NCBI GenBank assembly: GCA_964588955.1
Contig: CAZPQJ010000002.1
Location: 58,078 to 122,077 of the forward strand
DNA length: 64,000 nucleotides
Reading direction: 5' to 3'
From: an uncultured Gammaproteobacteria bacterium
Lineage (GTDB): Bacteria > Patescibacteriota > Patescibacteriia > UBA9934 > CAMTUG01
Under the pieces are notes generated by a model. It saw only the letters and a list, made by a program, of their open reading frames with translations, had not been told where the DNA came from and ran no database searches. This document shows, piece by piece, positions 1-8,787 of this stretch (positions are counted from its first letter, which is position 1; the number at the start of each line of letters is the position of its first letter). The position numbers were made by a program, and so were the translations under genes.

Positions 1-27
1 TGAAAGGCACACCAAAGAACACCAATT

Positions 28-52
28 AACAACCCTTCGCGGGGTTATTTTG
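28..52 (+). terminator. intrinsic terminator (AACCC-TTCGC-GGGGTT family)
   Basis: GC hairpin followed by a T-run; near-identical copies at 2190, 4047 and 5508. Confidence 0.6.
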
Positions 53-98
53 ATTGTGATACTGTCTATTTACGCGACCAGTCTTAATCGTTTTTTGT

Positions 99-347
99 AT
101 GAACAAAAACTATCTCCTTTGGATCATTGCTGGCTTGGTTGTGGCAGCGGCTGTTGTCTATGCCGTGATGATGAATGCGCCTGCTGAACCCGTAGAAAAT
201 ACACAGGATCCTGAGCAAGTCTTTTGCACCATGGAGGCCAAGCTGTGTCCGGATGGTTCCTACGTTGGGCGCTCCGGCCCGAACTGTGAATTTGACCCTT
301 GCCCTGGAACGTACCCAACACCCGCGCCGCTTCCGTCTGGCAGCTAA
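99..347 (+). CDS. small membrane-anchored protein with a 4-Cys CTxEAKxCPDGSxVGRxGPxCEFxxCP module
   Basis: N-terminal TM helix, then a Cys motif of a kind common in CPR surface proteins. Confidence 0.75.
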   Translation: MNKNYLLWIIAGLVVAAAVVYAVMMNAPAEPVENTQDPEQVFCTMEAKLCPDGSYVGRSGPNCEFDPCPGTYPTPAPLPSGS

Positions 348-652
348 TGCCTTAGCTGCATAACCACCGCCAAACAAACGAGCGCGAGCCCAAGGACAAA
401 AAGCGTTTTTTGTATAACAACGATTTTCCGCAACGCGAGCGTACGCAAGGACAAGGGTTTCATTTGTCTATTTGGTCTTGTTCTCACAAGCACTGCTGTT
501 CCAACACAAAGGCTGGCACCGAGCGCTCCGATCTCCCAGGCATCCCAAACACCTGGCGTGGAAAGTTCCCAAAACGTAAATGGCAATAAAAATCCACAAA
601 CAAATAACAGGAGCAAAGAAAGAGAAACGTGCAAAAAGTTTTTGTTAAACAT
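344..652 (-). CDS. hypothetical 3-TM membrane protein
   Basis: ATG at 652 overlaps the stop of the upstream ORF; three hydrophobic segments. Confidence 0.55.
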   Translation of the reverse strand: MFNKNFLHVSLSLLLLFVCGFLLPFTFWELSTPGVWDAWEIGALGASLCVGTAVLVRTRPNRQMKPLSLRTLALRKIVVIQKTLFVLGLALVCLAVVMQLRH

Positions 653-1127
653 AATCGAAGAAACGTGACCAGGCCGATTTTTGTTCGCCATGGTAGTCAG
701 TCCATTTTTCGTAAAGCTGCTCTTCCCCAAGAAGGAGGTAGCCCGCCTGCGCACAGGCCGCACGAATAGAGGAAAGAACCTCTGGCGTTGGCTCCGTCTC
801 ATCCAGCGCCGATACGGCAGCGAGGTTACCGAAATTGCTAAAGCGCAAAGAGAGGCGCTCGTTTGGTGATGTCACATCCCAATGCCGCAAAACAATTTCC
901 GTGTGAAATGTGGCGTCTTGAATAGCACCCCACTGAATGAGCAGACACCCCCAATCTTGCGGCGCATCCTGTTCGGTGCCAACGGGACCGAAATCACGGG
1001 CGAGCATATCGAGAATACCGCAATTCCGGATATGCGCCGTTGCTTCCTCAAGAGAAAAATTGTTTGGACGTTCTCGACCAAGCCGATCAAGAACTTGCAA
1101 ATCCGTGAAGGTAGGTTGCGTAGACAT
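645..1127 (-). CDS. hypothetical protein
   Basis: 160-aa ORF with protein-like composition, apparently translationally coupled to the next gene. Confidence 0.65.
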   Translation of the reverse strand: MSTQPTFTDLQVLDRLGRERPNNFSLEEATAHIRNCGILDMLARDFGPVGTEQDAPQDWGCLLIQWGAIQDATFHTEIVLRHWDVTSPNERLSLRFSNFGNLAAVSALDETEPTPEVLSSIRAACAQAGYLLLGEEQLYEKWTDYHGEQKSAWSRFFDYV

Positions 1128-1291
1128 AAAACGTTATTGTGCTCTTCGGGATTATTTTATTCCACAGAGTAGACGCCCCTTATCGTGGACAAGATACACA
1201 AGAGACTCTACAGGTGAATCAAGACTCAATCAAGGTGCACACAAAACCAGCTTTGCCTTTTTCCGCACCGTACTGCATTATACTTTCACCT

Positions 1292-2188
1292 ATGCATATC
1301 CTCATTATTACCGGCGGATCTTCTTCCGAACGAGAAATCTCCCTCATCTCCGCAGAGCATGTTCAACGAACGCTCAAGGCCAATGGCCACAGCGTAACCA
1401 TGTTTGATTTTCAAGAAGGCTATGACGCCCTTGGCAACATCCTTGAAACGTTCGATGTGGTCTTCCCGGTCATGCACGGCAAAGAAGGTGAAGATGGAAG
1501 GCTCTATCAATTTCTCGCTTCGGCCAATAAACCGTTTGTAGGGTCTGACCCCGCCGGCGCCAAGATTGCTTTCGACAAAGTTCTCTTCAAACGCTATTGT
1601 GACGAACATCGTATTCCCACAGCACCGTGGTCGCTTGTCACGAACGAGGAGGACATAGTGAAATTCGGATTTCCGTGTGTGCTTAAAGCTGCCAACGGCG
1701 GATCGTCGCACGAAGTTGCTCCCGTGATTACAAAAGAAGATCTGCAGACGGAGACGATTCAACGCATTTTGCATCTTCCGGACTCACACTTTGTGGAAAG
1801 CTACTTGCACGGAATTGAGATCACCGTTGGGGTGTTGTTGAACGAAGCACTTCCGGTGATTGAGATCACTCCTCCGGCTGGTGGTTGGTTTGACTATCAC
1901 CATAAATATTCTGGCAAAAGCCAAGAAACACCGTTCGCGCCATCGGTGCCGGCGGACGTGCAGCAACAAGCGCAGAAGCTTGCTTTACAGATTCATCAAC
2001 AACTTCACCTGCGCAGCTTTTCTCGTACGGATCTTATTGTGGTTGATGGCCTACCCTATGTGCTTGAAGTCAACACTCCCGGCGGCGTCGGATTGACTCC
2101 GGAAAGCCTTTTTCCAAAAGCGGCAAAAGCGGCCGGAACTTCTTTTGAGGCGTTCATCGAACAAATCATCACAGCAGCACTGTCGTGA
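1292..2188 (+). CDS. ddl: D-alanine--D-alanine ligase
   Basis: GGSSSEREISLIS, FPVMHGKEGEDG, GGSS and LEVNTPGG motifs; start set at MHILII, 7 nt after TATACT. Confidence 0.93.
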   Translation: MHILIITGGSSSEREISLISAEHVQRTLKANGHSVTMFDFQEGYDALGNILETFDVVFPVMHGKEGEDGRLYQFLASANKPFVGSDPAGAKIAFDKVLFKRYCDEHRIPTAPWSLVTNEEDIVKFGFPCVLKAANGGSSHEVAPVITKEDLQTETIQRILHLPDSHFVESYLHGIEITVGVLLNEALPVIEITPPAGGWFDYHHKYSGKSQETPFAPSVPADVQQQAQKLALQIHQQLHLRSFSRTDLIVVDGLPYVLEVNTPGGVGLTPESLFPKAAKAAGTSFEAFIEQIITAALS

Positions 2189-2189
2189 C

Positions 2190-2219
2190 AAACCAACCCT
2201 TGGCGGGATTGTTTTGTTT
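2190..2219 (+). terminator. intrinsic terminator after ddl
   Basis: hairpin plus T-run directly after the stop. Confidence 0.55.
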
Positions 2220-2252
2220 CTGTCGACACGGTTATAGGCTATACTAAAAACA

Positions 2253-2939
2253 ATGAAAATACTTATGAAATACTTCTTGTCCCTCTTGCTCACTGCATCG
2301 ATCCTCACGCCGTTTGCCGCGAAAGCCGATATTGCTCCAGACGTAGGGTTCCATCGGGTCACCCAATGTGCCTTTATTGATAACCTCGCCGATTACCCGG
2401 ACTATGACGTCTACGCGACCCACAATTGGCGGTTCGGTCCTTCACTAATTTTGTCACAAAATCTACAGACACTTTCTGACGGTTGCGAAGACAGTGGCAC
2501 ACCTTTTTTTGCCGTCAAAAAATCAGACCAGGCAAAAATTCAGCATCAAAATGATCCAGGCCAGGAACGCGGAGATATTTGGAACGAACTTGCGATCAAC
2601 AAACCTTATCTCCTTGAAGCCACGACCACGGGAGCGCGGACAGACATTTCCAAAGAGACAGTTAATGGTGATCTGCCGGACACGAATCCAGCCGTGTGGT
2701 TTGTGGCGGTTTACCACATTGATACGCTAACAGACGCAAATTTCAACGTGCGACTTGTACGTGAAACCCGTTATGATGCGGACGGACAGCTGGTAAGTAG
2801 CACGACAGTTTCAGGCGACGATGATGTTAACGAAAAGACTGCGGCTTCTTGGTTTGAAGATGAACGACTCCCCTGGATTGTCCTAATCGGCGTCGGCATT
2901 ATTCTTCTTGCCGTCGCGGTAAGATCGAAAAAGAAGTAA
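2253..2939 (+). CDS. secreted protein with C-terminal TM anchor and basic tail
   Basis: signal peptide ending AKA-D; C-terminus WIVLIGVGIILLAVAVRSKKK. Confidence 0.75.
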   Translation: MKILMKYFLSLLLTASILTPFAAKADIAPDVGFHRVTQCAFIDNLADYPDYDVYATHNWRFGPSLILSQNLQTLSDGCEDSGTPFFAVKKSDQAKIQHQNDPGQERGDIWNELAINKPYLLEATTTGARTDISKETVNGDLPDTNPAVWFVAVYHIDTLTDANFNVRLVRETRYDADGQLVSSTTVSGDDDVNEKTAASWFEDERLPWIVLIGVGIILLAVAVRSKKK

Positions 2940-2942
2940 TTT

Positions 2943-3671
2943 ATGAAACGCGCCATCCTTGCGAGCCTTGCTGTCGCTATCATCGCCACCGGAGTTGCCG
3001 GATTGTTGCTTATGCGTTCGCGACGTTCCAACGACATACCACCTGTTACAACAACTACCCAAGCAACGGAAGAAACCACGGGTATCATGGACTTGGTGTT
3101 GCGCTCACCCGTCATTATCCCGTCGTCAATCGAGGGCATGACGTTCGACATGAACGCAGACGGAGAGGACGACGTCCAAGTAGCCTTCTACAACCTCGAC
3201 GTTGACGGGAAAACCAGAAGCGGATTCCGCATCTACGATGTTGATGGGGGGCTACTTTACGAAAACCAATCCTCTGTTTGGAACGTTTTCCACACCCGAT
3301 GGTCAAATGCTTATCTCGTTGACCTCGGTCAAGATAGCAACCAGGAGCTGGTGCTCACAGGAACACAAGATGGGACAGGTGCCTATTATGACCAGGAAAT
3401 CTTTGCCTTTCTGAGTCATGTCGGTTTCCAAAAAATAGAAGCGGTGGCATCAAAAACAAACGAGGAACTCACTCAAACGTTTCTTGAACCCAACGAACGA
3501 TTAGGCAACGGCTGGATTGGGTCGGATGGACTAGGACATCGAGCCGTTTGCGCGGACGCATACTGCGCAGCTCGTCAATCGGCCCCAAACGCGGTCGGCG
3601 AAATCATCAACACGTACACCTTTGAAGGAATGCAGTATGTGGAAACGGGCTATCAGCGTGTAGACGATTAG
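2943..3671 (+). CDS. membrane-anchored extracellular hypothetical protein
   Basis: N-terminal TM; DMNADGEDD and DLGQDSNQE Ca-binding-like loops. Confidence 0.7.
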   Translation: MKRAILASLAVAIIATGVAGLLLMRSRRSNDIPPVTTTTQATEETTGIMDLVLRSPVIIPSSIEGMTFDMNADGEDDVQVAFYNLDVDGKTRSGFRIYDVDGGLLYENQSSVWNVFHTRWSNAYLVDLGQDSNQELVLTGTQDGTGAYYDQEIFAFLSHVGFQKIEAVASKTNEELTQTFLEPNERLGNGWIGSDGLGHRAVCADAYCAARQSAPNAVGEIINTYTFEGMQYVETGYQRVDD

Positions 3672-3686
3672 CCCAAGAGCCCTCTT

Positions 3687-3998
3687 ATGGTTTCAGAAGA
3701 GTTTGCTCTCCTCGCTCTCACCGTCGTTTTTGAGTTCTCGATCGCCCTTCTCATTCTTCGCAAAGAGCGCTGGCAAAAAATTGCACTGGTCGTTGTGGGA
3801 ATCAACATGATTACGCATCCAATTGTTTGGTGGCTACTCTACTATCATCAAACGAACTGGTTTCTAACCGAAGGAAGCGTGGCGCTTCTCGAAGGAACTA
3901 TTTTGGCAATTCTCTTTAAAAAACGAAGATGGCCGGCGCTTTGCGCAGGCATCCTCATGAACCTCGTGACGGCTACCATTGGCTACGTCTTTTTTTAA
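3687..3998 (+). CDS. small 4-TM membrane protein with E..N.xTHP..E..E..N pattern
   Basis: hydrophobic, with polar residues inside TM segments; operon-like with the two upstream genes. Confidence 0.7.
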   Translation: MVSEEFALLALTVVFEFSIALLILRKERWQKIALVVVGINMITHPIVWWLLYYHQTNWFLTEGSVALLEGTILAILFKKRRWPALCAGILMNLVTATIGYVFF

Positions 3999-4046
3999 CT
4001 GCAAAAAATTTGAAAACGCGGTCAGGGGGGATGTATCACTGTGACC

Positions 4047-4075
4047 ACAACCCTCCGCGGGGTTGTTTTGTTTTT
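4047..4075 (+). terminator. intrinsic terminator
   Basis: ACAACCC-TCCGCG-GGGTTGT plus T-run. Confidence 0.6.
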
Positions 4076-4126
4076 GCATTGTGTGGCGTTTCCGAAGATG
4101 CTATTCTCAGAATAGAAGAGGTGCTC

Positions 4127-4393
4127 ATGCTCACGTGGGAACAAATTCGTAGGATCGAAGCGCGGAAACGCGACCTCGAGGCATATGATGGCTGTATTCT
4201 GTGCCCGAGCGGTGTCCGTCGGTACGGTGGTCCGCCTCTCAAGATCGCGCCGATGTATCCGTCGCGTGATGCAGACGGCCACGCCTTCGCCAACTCCGAA
4301 CCCCCTGGTACGGTCGTCCTCGACACCACAGACCCCGACAACCCGCGGGTCTCCCTCCGCCACGACGACGACCCCAAGCGCGACCCGTTCTAG
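4127..4393 (+). CDS. GC-rich orphan hypothetical protein (88 aa)
   Basis: GAGGTG SD-like site close upstream of ATG 4127, TGCTATTCT extended -10 further upstream, GC-rich codons. Confidence 0.55.
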   Translation: MLTWEQIRRIEARKRDLEAYDGCILCPSGVRRYGGPPLKIAPMYPSRDADGHAFANSEPPGTVVLDTTDPDNPRVSLRHDDDPKRDPF

Positions 4394-4506
4394 AGCCAAC
4401 CGGCTCGCAACCTCTCCCCCTAGAGCCTTCACGCCACGCGTGCGGGCTCGCTACTTTTTTGAGAAGGCTTCTCTTTTCGCCACAGATCGCTTAAGATCCA
4501 GAGCGT

Positions 4507-5505
4507 ATGGACACCCTACGCAATACACTTAATGAAACGCAAGCTCGAGCGAAACTTGCTCAAGAAACCGCGCCGCGAAGGACGCTGTCGTTTTATCGCT
4601 ATGTGCCCTTGGAGGATCCGCGCGGTTTGCGAGATGAACTCTTCAAAGCCTGGAGCGAACTTGGGGTGCTCGGACGAGTTTATGTAGCGCATGAAGGAAT
4701 CAATGCGCAGATCAATCTTCCAGAACCAAACGTAGAAGCGTTCAAGAAACACCTTGATGGCATTGCCGCCTTTGCCAGCGTGCCATTCAAATTTGCCATT
4801 GAAGAACCAACACTTTCTTTTTGGAAGTTAATCATAAAAGTGCGCAAGCAAATCGTTGCCGACAACCTCCCTGCCGGCACGTATGATATTAGCAACGTTG
4901 GCAATCACCTGGACGCCAAGGCGTTTAACGAAGAGGTGGCCAACGGCGCCGTCGTCGTCGACATGCGTAACAAATACGAGAGCGACATTGGTAAATTTGA
5001 AACGGCGATCACACCACGTTCACAAACCTTCGGCAACGAACTCAAAGAAGTGGTCGAACTGTTAAAAGATAAAAAAGAAGAAAAGATCTTACTCTACTGC
5101 ACCGGTGGCATTCGTTGCGAAAAAGCCAGCGCCTTTTTGAAACACGAAGGGTTTTCTGACGTCAATCAACTCTACGGCGGAGTCATTCAGTACAAGCATG
5201 ATGTTGAGCGGGAAGGCTTAGAAAGCAAATTCAAAGGAAAGAACTTTGTCTTTGATGCCCGCATGGCCGAAGCGGTCACGAAAGACGTTCTTGGCAAATG
5301 CTACACCTGCAAAGCTCCAGCCGACGCGTACGACAACTGCAAAAGCGACTTGTGCCACGCCTTGTTCATTCAGTGCGACACCTGCCGCGAACAGACGCTT
5401 GGCACCTGTTCAGCCGCCTGCCGAAAGATCGCCGCACTCCCCGAAGAGGAGCGGCGCATCATCCGCAAGAATCGTAAAGCAACATTCAACGTCCTGACCT
5501 CCTAA
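4507..5505 (+). CDS. trhO: rhodanese-domain tRNA U34 hydroxylase (TrhO/YceA family)
   Basis: SFYRY, GRVYVAHEGINAQ, DMRNKYES, YCTGGIRCEKA, NFVFDAR motifs and a C-terminal Cys cluster. Confidence 0.9.
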   Translation: MDTLRNTLNETQARAKLAQETAPRRTLSFYRYVPLEDPRGLRDELFKAWSELGVLGRVYVAHEGINAQINLPEPNVEAFKKHLDGIAAFASVPFKFAIEEPTLSFWKLIIKVRKQIVADNLPAGTYDISNVGNHLDAKAFNEEVANGAVVVDMRNKYESDIGKFETAITPRSQTFGNELKEVVELLKDKKEEKILLYCTGGIRCEKASAFLKHEGFSDVNQLYGGVIQYKHDVEREGLESKFKGKNFVFDARMAEAVTKDVLGKCYTCKAPADAYDNCKSDLCHALFIQCDTCREQTLGTCSAACRKIAALPEEERRIIRKNRKATFNVLTS

Positions 5506-5556
5506 GCAAAACCTCCCCTTCGCGGGGTTGTTTTGTTTGTGCTAGGATTATTTCGT

Positions 5557-6008
5557 ATGATTTTACGTGGAACAACTATCGAACAATGGTTACGGGCGGT
5601 GAAATAGGCATTGTCCCCTTTCAGGCAACAAACATTCGGCCAGCAAGCTACGTGTTTACGCTCGGGACAAAACTTCGCATCCCTAAAACAGTCTCCGTGG
5701 TGTCCGTCGAGACAGGGATTGCCTACGATGAAGTCGAGATACCAGCCGACGGATATATTTTACAACCTAATCAATTTGTCCTCGGCTTTACGCGTGAAGC
5801 GCTAACGCTCAACGGCAAGTTCGCTTGCTTGCTCAACGCCCGCGCCTCCTGCGCCCAAGTCGGACTCGATACGTTGCTAAGTTCAACCTTGGCCGAACCA
5901 GACACTGACGGCATCATGATCATCGAAATGCACAACGCGAGCGCGAGTCCCATCCTACTCACCCCCGGCATGGGCATTGCCAAAGGTGTTTTTTATCGCT
6001 TGGAATAA
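5557..6008 (+). pseudogene. dcd: dCTP deaminase/dUTPase-fold gene with an apparent 1-nt frameshift near the 5' end
   Basis: MILRGTTIEQWLR from 5557 continues in the -1 frame as GEIGIVPF...PASY...LQPNQFVLGFTRE. Confidence 0.6.
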
Positions 6009-6012
6009 ACGT

Positions 6013-6252
6013 ATGTCCGCCTGGTCAATTTACATGGTTCGCTGTGCCGACGGGAGTTTGTATACCGGCATCTCGACAAATGTCGAAGAACGGATCAAAC
6101 GCCACAATGCCGGCAAAGGTTCGGCCTATACCCGCAGCCATCGTCCGGTGGAACTTGTTTGGACCAAGCGTGCCGCCTCGGAATCCGCCGCCCGCAAACA
6201 GGAAGCAAAAATCAAACGCCTCCGCAAAGCAGAAAAAGAAGATCTCCTATGA
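6013..6252 (+). CDS. GIY-YIG nuclease family protein (YhbQ/UPF0213-like)
   Basis: IYMVRCADGSLYTGISTNVEERIKRHNAGKGSAYTR. Confidence 0.9.
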   Translation: MSAWSIYMVRCADGSLYTGISTNVEERIKRHNAGKGSAYTRSHRPVELVWTKRAASESAARKQEAKIKRLRKAEKEDLL

Positions 6253-7100
6253 AAATTATCTCTCTGAATTGTTACTTCGGCAACGTTTTTGAGCCACTCA
6301 TGGACTTTCTCACCCACGAAGCTCCTACCACCGACGTTTTTTGTTTGCAGGAAATTGTTAGCAACCCCAAAGAAGACGCGCACTTTTCCGGCCGCCAAGG
6401 CCGAGCTAATTTGCTCCAAGAATTGGTGCGTCGCCTTCCTGGCTTCGACTATCATTTTGCTCCCATGCAATACGACTTCGATACCACCCCCGACTACCCT
6501 CAACAAACTACGCTCGGTGTCGTCATCTTTTTCAAAAAGACTCTACCTGTTTCTGAACGCGGAGATTTCATGATTTACAACAGTCTTAATAGTTATCACG
6601 GACAAAAAGACTGGGAGACGCTTGGCCACACCGCCGTCTATGTATGTGTCGATGGTACGACCCCGTTGACGATTGTCACCCTACACGGTAACTCCCAACC
6701 AGCAGATAAACGCGATAGCCCCAAACGCCTGGAACAATCACAAAAGATTCTCAACTTTTTGGCTCCGCGAGACGGAGAAAAAATCGTCATCGGCGACTTT
6801 AATCTGTACCCAGACACCGAAAGTATTCGTCTGTTCGAAAAGGCAGGATTCCGCAACCTCGTAACGGAACACGGCATTACCTCGACGCGCGGTTCTCACA
6901 TGCACGTCCTTTTTCCGGAATACGAGAATGGTCCATACGGCTTTCAAGAATTCGCCGACTACGCCTTCACTTCCCCAGGTATCAACGTGGACGCTTTCAC
7001 AGTACCCGATGTCCCTGTGAGCGATCATCTCCCAATAATCCTCGATTGTACATACGAAAAAACAAGAAAAGTCGATGACAACGTCGGTCCTTTTTGTTAA
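6249..7100 (+). CDS. endonuclease/exonuclease/phosphatase family protein
   Basis: IISLN, DVFCLQE, GDFN and SDHLP motifs. Confidence 0.88.
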   Translation: MKIISLNCYFGNVFEPLMDFLTHEAPTTDVFCLQEIVSNPKEDAHFSGRQGRANLLQELVRRLPGFDYHFAPMQYDFDTTPDYPQQTTLGVVIFFKKTLPVSERGDFMIYNSLNSYHGQKDWETLGHTAVYVCVDGTTPLTIVTLHGNSQPADKRDSPKRLEQSQKILNFLAPRDGEKIVIGDFNLYPDTESIRLFEKAGFRNLVTEHGITSTRGSHMHVLFPEYENGPYGFQEFADYAFTSPGINVDAFTVPDVPVSDHLPIILDCTYEKTRKVDDNVGPFC

Positions 7101-7132
7101 ACTGTAAACAATTATTCTTTGTCCCCCTTTTT

Positions 7133-7408
7133 ATGAACCGCATCAACGCACACGAAGTGGGTATGGTGTTCGGTGGACTAATGGCCATTTGGCACGCTAT
7201 GTGGGCCGTGCTGGTGGCGCTTGGAATTGCCCAGGCATTTATGACCTGGATCTTTGGACTGCACTTTATTAATATGCAGTTCAGTATTAATCCTTTTTCG
7301 TTAGGAAATGCTGTCTTGCTTGTGATCGTTACCGGAGTGATTGGATACGTAATGGGATTCATCCTCGGCTGGTTGTGGAACATGGCACACCGCCGCGCTC
7401 ATCAATAA
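7133..7408 (+). CDS. small membrane protein
   Basis: hydrophobic 91-aa ORF with HxxW and LH motifs. Confidence 0.7.
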   Translation: MNRINAHEVGMVFGGLMAIWHAMWAVLVALGIAQAFMTWIFGLHFINMQFSINPFSLGNAVLLVIVTGVIGYVMGFILGWLWNMAHRRAHQ

Positions 7409-7435
7409 AAATTAGAAAAAATTAGTAACTTTTTT

Positions 7436-7501
7436 ATGGCCAAAGGAAACAACGCTCAACAGAAAAACAAGAAAAAGCCGAAGCAGAATAAAAAGAAATA
7501 G
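7436..7501 (+). CDS. 21-aa lysine-rich microprotein MAKGNNAQQKNKKKPKQNKKK
   Basis: read by hand (below the ORF-track cutoff); AT-rich upstream region, terminator directly downstream. Confidence 0.6.
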   Translation: MAKGNNAQQKNKKKPKQNKKK

Positions 7502-7508
7502 CTTCTGC

Positions 7509-7533
7509 GGCGCCCCCATCGCGGGGGCGTTTT
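7509..7533 (+). terminator. intrinsic terminator
   Basis: CGCCCCC-ATCGC-GGGGGCG plus TTTT. Confidence 0.7.
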
Positions 7534-7567
7534 GGTTGTGCTAGGATGTGCGCAAACACAAAACCTT

Positions 7568-8119
7568 ATGCAACTCATTTTCCTTTATGGACCCCCGGCG
7601 GTGGGCAAACTCACCGTAGCCACGGCACTGGCACAGGCAACCGGATTCCCCCTGGCTGATCTTCACACAATTGTTAATCCAATCGCCCGAGTGTTTGGTT
7701 GGGATCATCCAGAACGGGTGCGCCTGGGTTCACAATTTCGTCTAGAGCTATTTCATGCCGCGGCAAAGGAGGGTATTAGTCTCATCACCACGTTCGGCGG
7801 CGGCGGAGAATACTACGACGAATTTATTCAAAAAGCCAAAGCCGTAGTGGAAGCGGAGGGTGGTACGGTCATTTTTGTACGCCTGATGGCTCCCGTAGCC
7901 GTTCTGCTCACACGCGTGCAAGGAATGTCGCGGGCGGCGCATGAAAAAATGACCGCTCCGGAGGCAATCGAAACACTATTAGAAAAACGCCCAGACATTC
8001 TTGCCCGCGCCCGCATTGACGAACATCTCGAAATCGACAGCTCCACGCATACGCCTGAAGAGATGGTCAAAATGATCATGACGTACTACCATCTGCCTAC
8101 CGCTACTCATTCACCGTAA
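7568..8119 (+). CDS. P-loop kinase (AAA_33/shikimate-kinase-like)
   Basis: LIFLYGPPAVGKLT Walker A. Confidence 0.8.
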   Translation: MQLIFLYGPPAVGKLTVATALAQATGFPLADLHTIVNPIARVFGWDHPERVRLGSQFRLELFHAAAKEGISLITTFGGGGEYYDEFIQKAKAVVEAEGGTVIFVRLMAPVAVLLTRVQGMSRAAHEKMTAPEAIETLLEKRPDILARARIDEHLEIDSSTHTPEEMVKMIMTYYHLPTATHSP

Positions 8120-8128
8120 TACACATCT

Positions 8129-8764
8129 ATGATGAACTCCATCCACGACGCTTTATACTGGCGCTATGCCGTGAAAGAATTCGATTCCACTGCCAAACTC
8201 ACCAATGAAGAACGCGACACCATCCTTGAAGCTATTCGTTTGGCACCCACATCCTACGGTTTGCAACCATTTCGCGTAGTTGTTGTCACCAACCCAGATG
8301 TACGCACCAAACTGCGCGCCGTTTCTTTTGATCAATCAAAAGTAACCGACGCGGACACCTTCCTTGTGTTCTGCGCCCGCACCAACGTATCACCGGCAGA
8401 TACCCAGGAATACATCGACCGCACGATGGCCGTACGCGGCGTTGATGCGGCTTCGCTCGAGGGATTCAAAGGAATGATCAATGGAACAATTGCGAGCATG
8501 AATCAAGAACAATCAGAAGCTTGGGCCGCGCGACAAGCCTATATTGCCCTGGGATTTGGCCTTGAAACGGCAGCGATCATTGGCGTGGACGCCTGCCCGA
8601 TGGAAGGATTTGATGCCGCGCAATACAACGAGATTCTTGGACTCTCGGTACAAGGACTTTCCGCCAAGGCCGCCATGGCCATTGGTCGCCGCAACCCCAC
8701 AGACGCTTATGCAACGTACAAAAAAGTTCGCTTAAGTGACGAGGCTATGTTCCTGCGCGCGTAA
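8129..8764 (+). CDS. NAD(P)H nitroreductase family protein
   Basis: WRYAVKEFD, LAPTSYGLQP and DACPMEGFD motifs. Confidence 0.92.
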   Translation: MMNSIHDALYWRYAVKEFDSTAKLTNEERDTILEAIRLAPTSYGLQPFRVVVVTNPDVRTKLRAVSFDQSKVTDADTFLVFCARTNVSPADTQEYIDRTMAVRGVDAASLEGFKGMINGTIASMNQEQSEAWAARQAYIALGFGLETAAIIGVDACPMEGFDAAQYNEILGLSVQGLSAKAAMAIGRRNPTDAYATYKKVRLSDEAMFLRA

Positions 8765-8787
8765 CTTACCTGACGGCACAGGACGCT

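Noticed and set aside
28-7533. Integron attC cassette array
   Set aside because: The repeated hairpins lack RYYYAAC/GTTRRRY ends, are too short, look like terminators, and no integrase is present.
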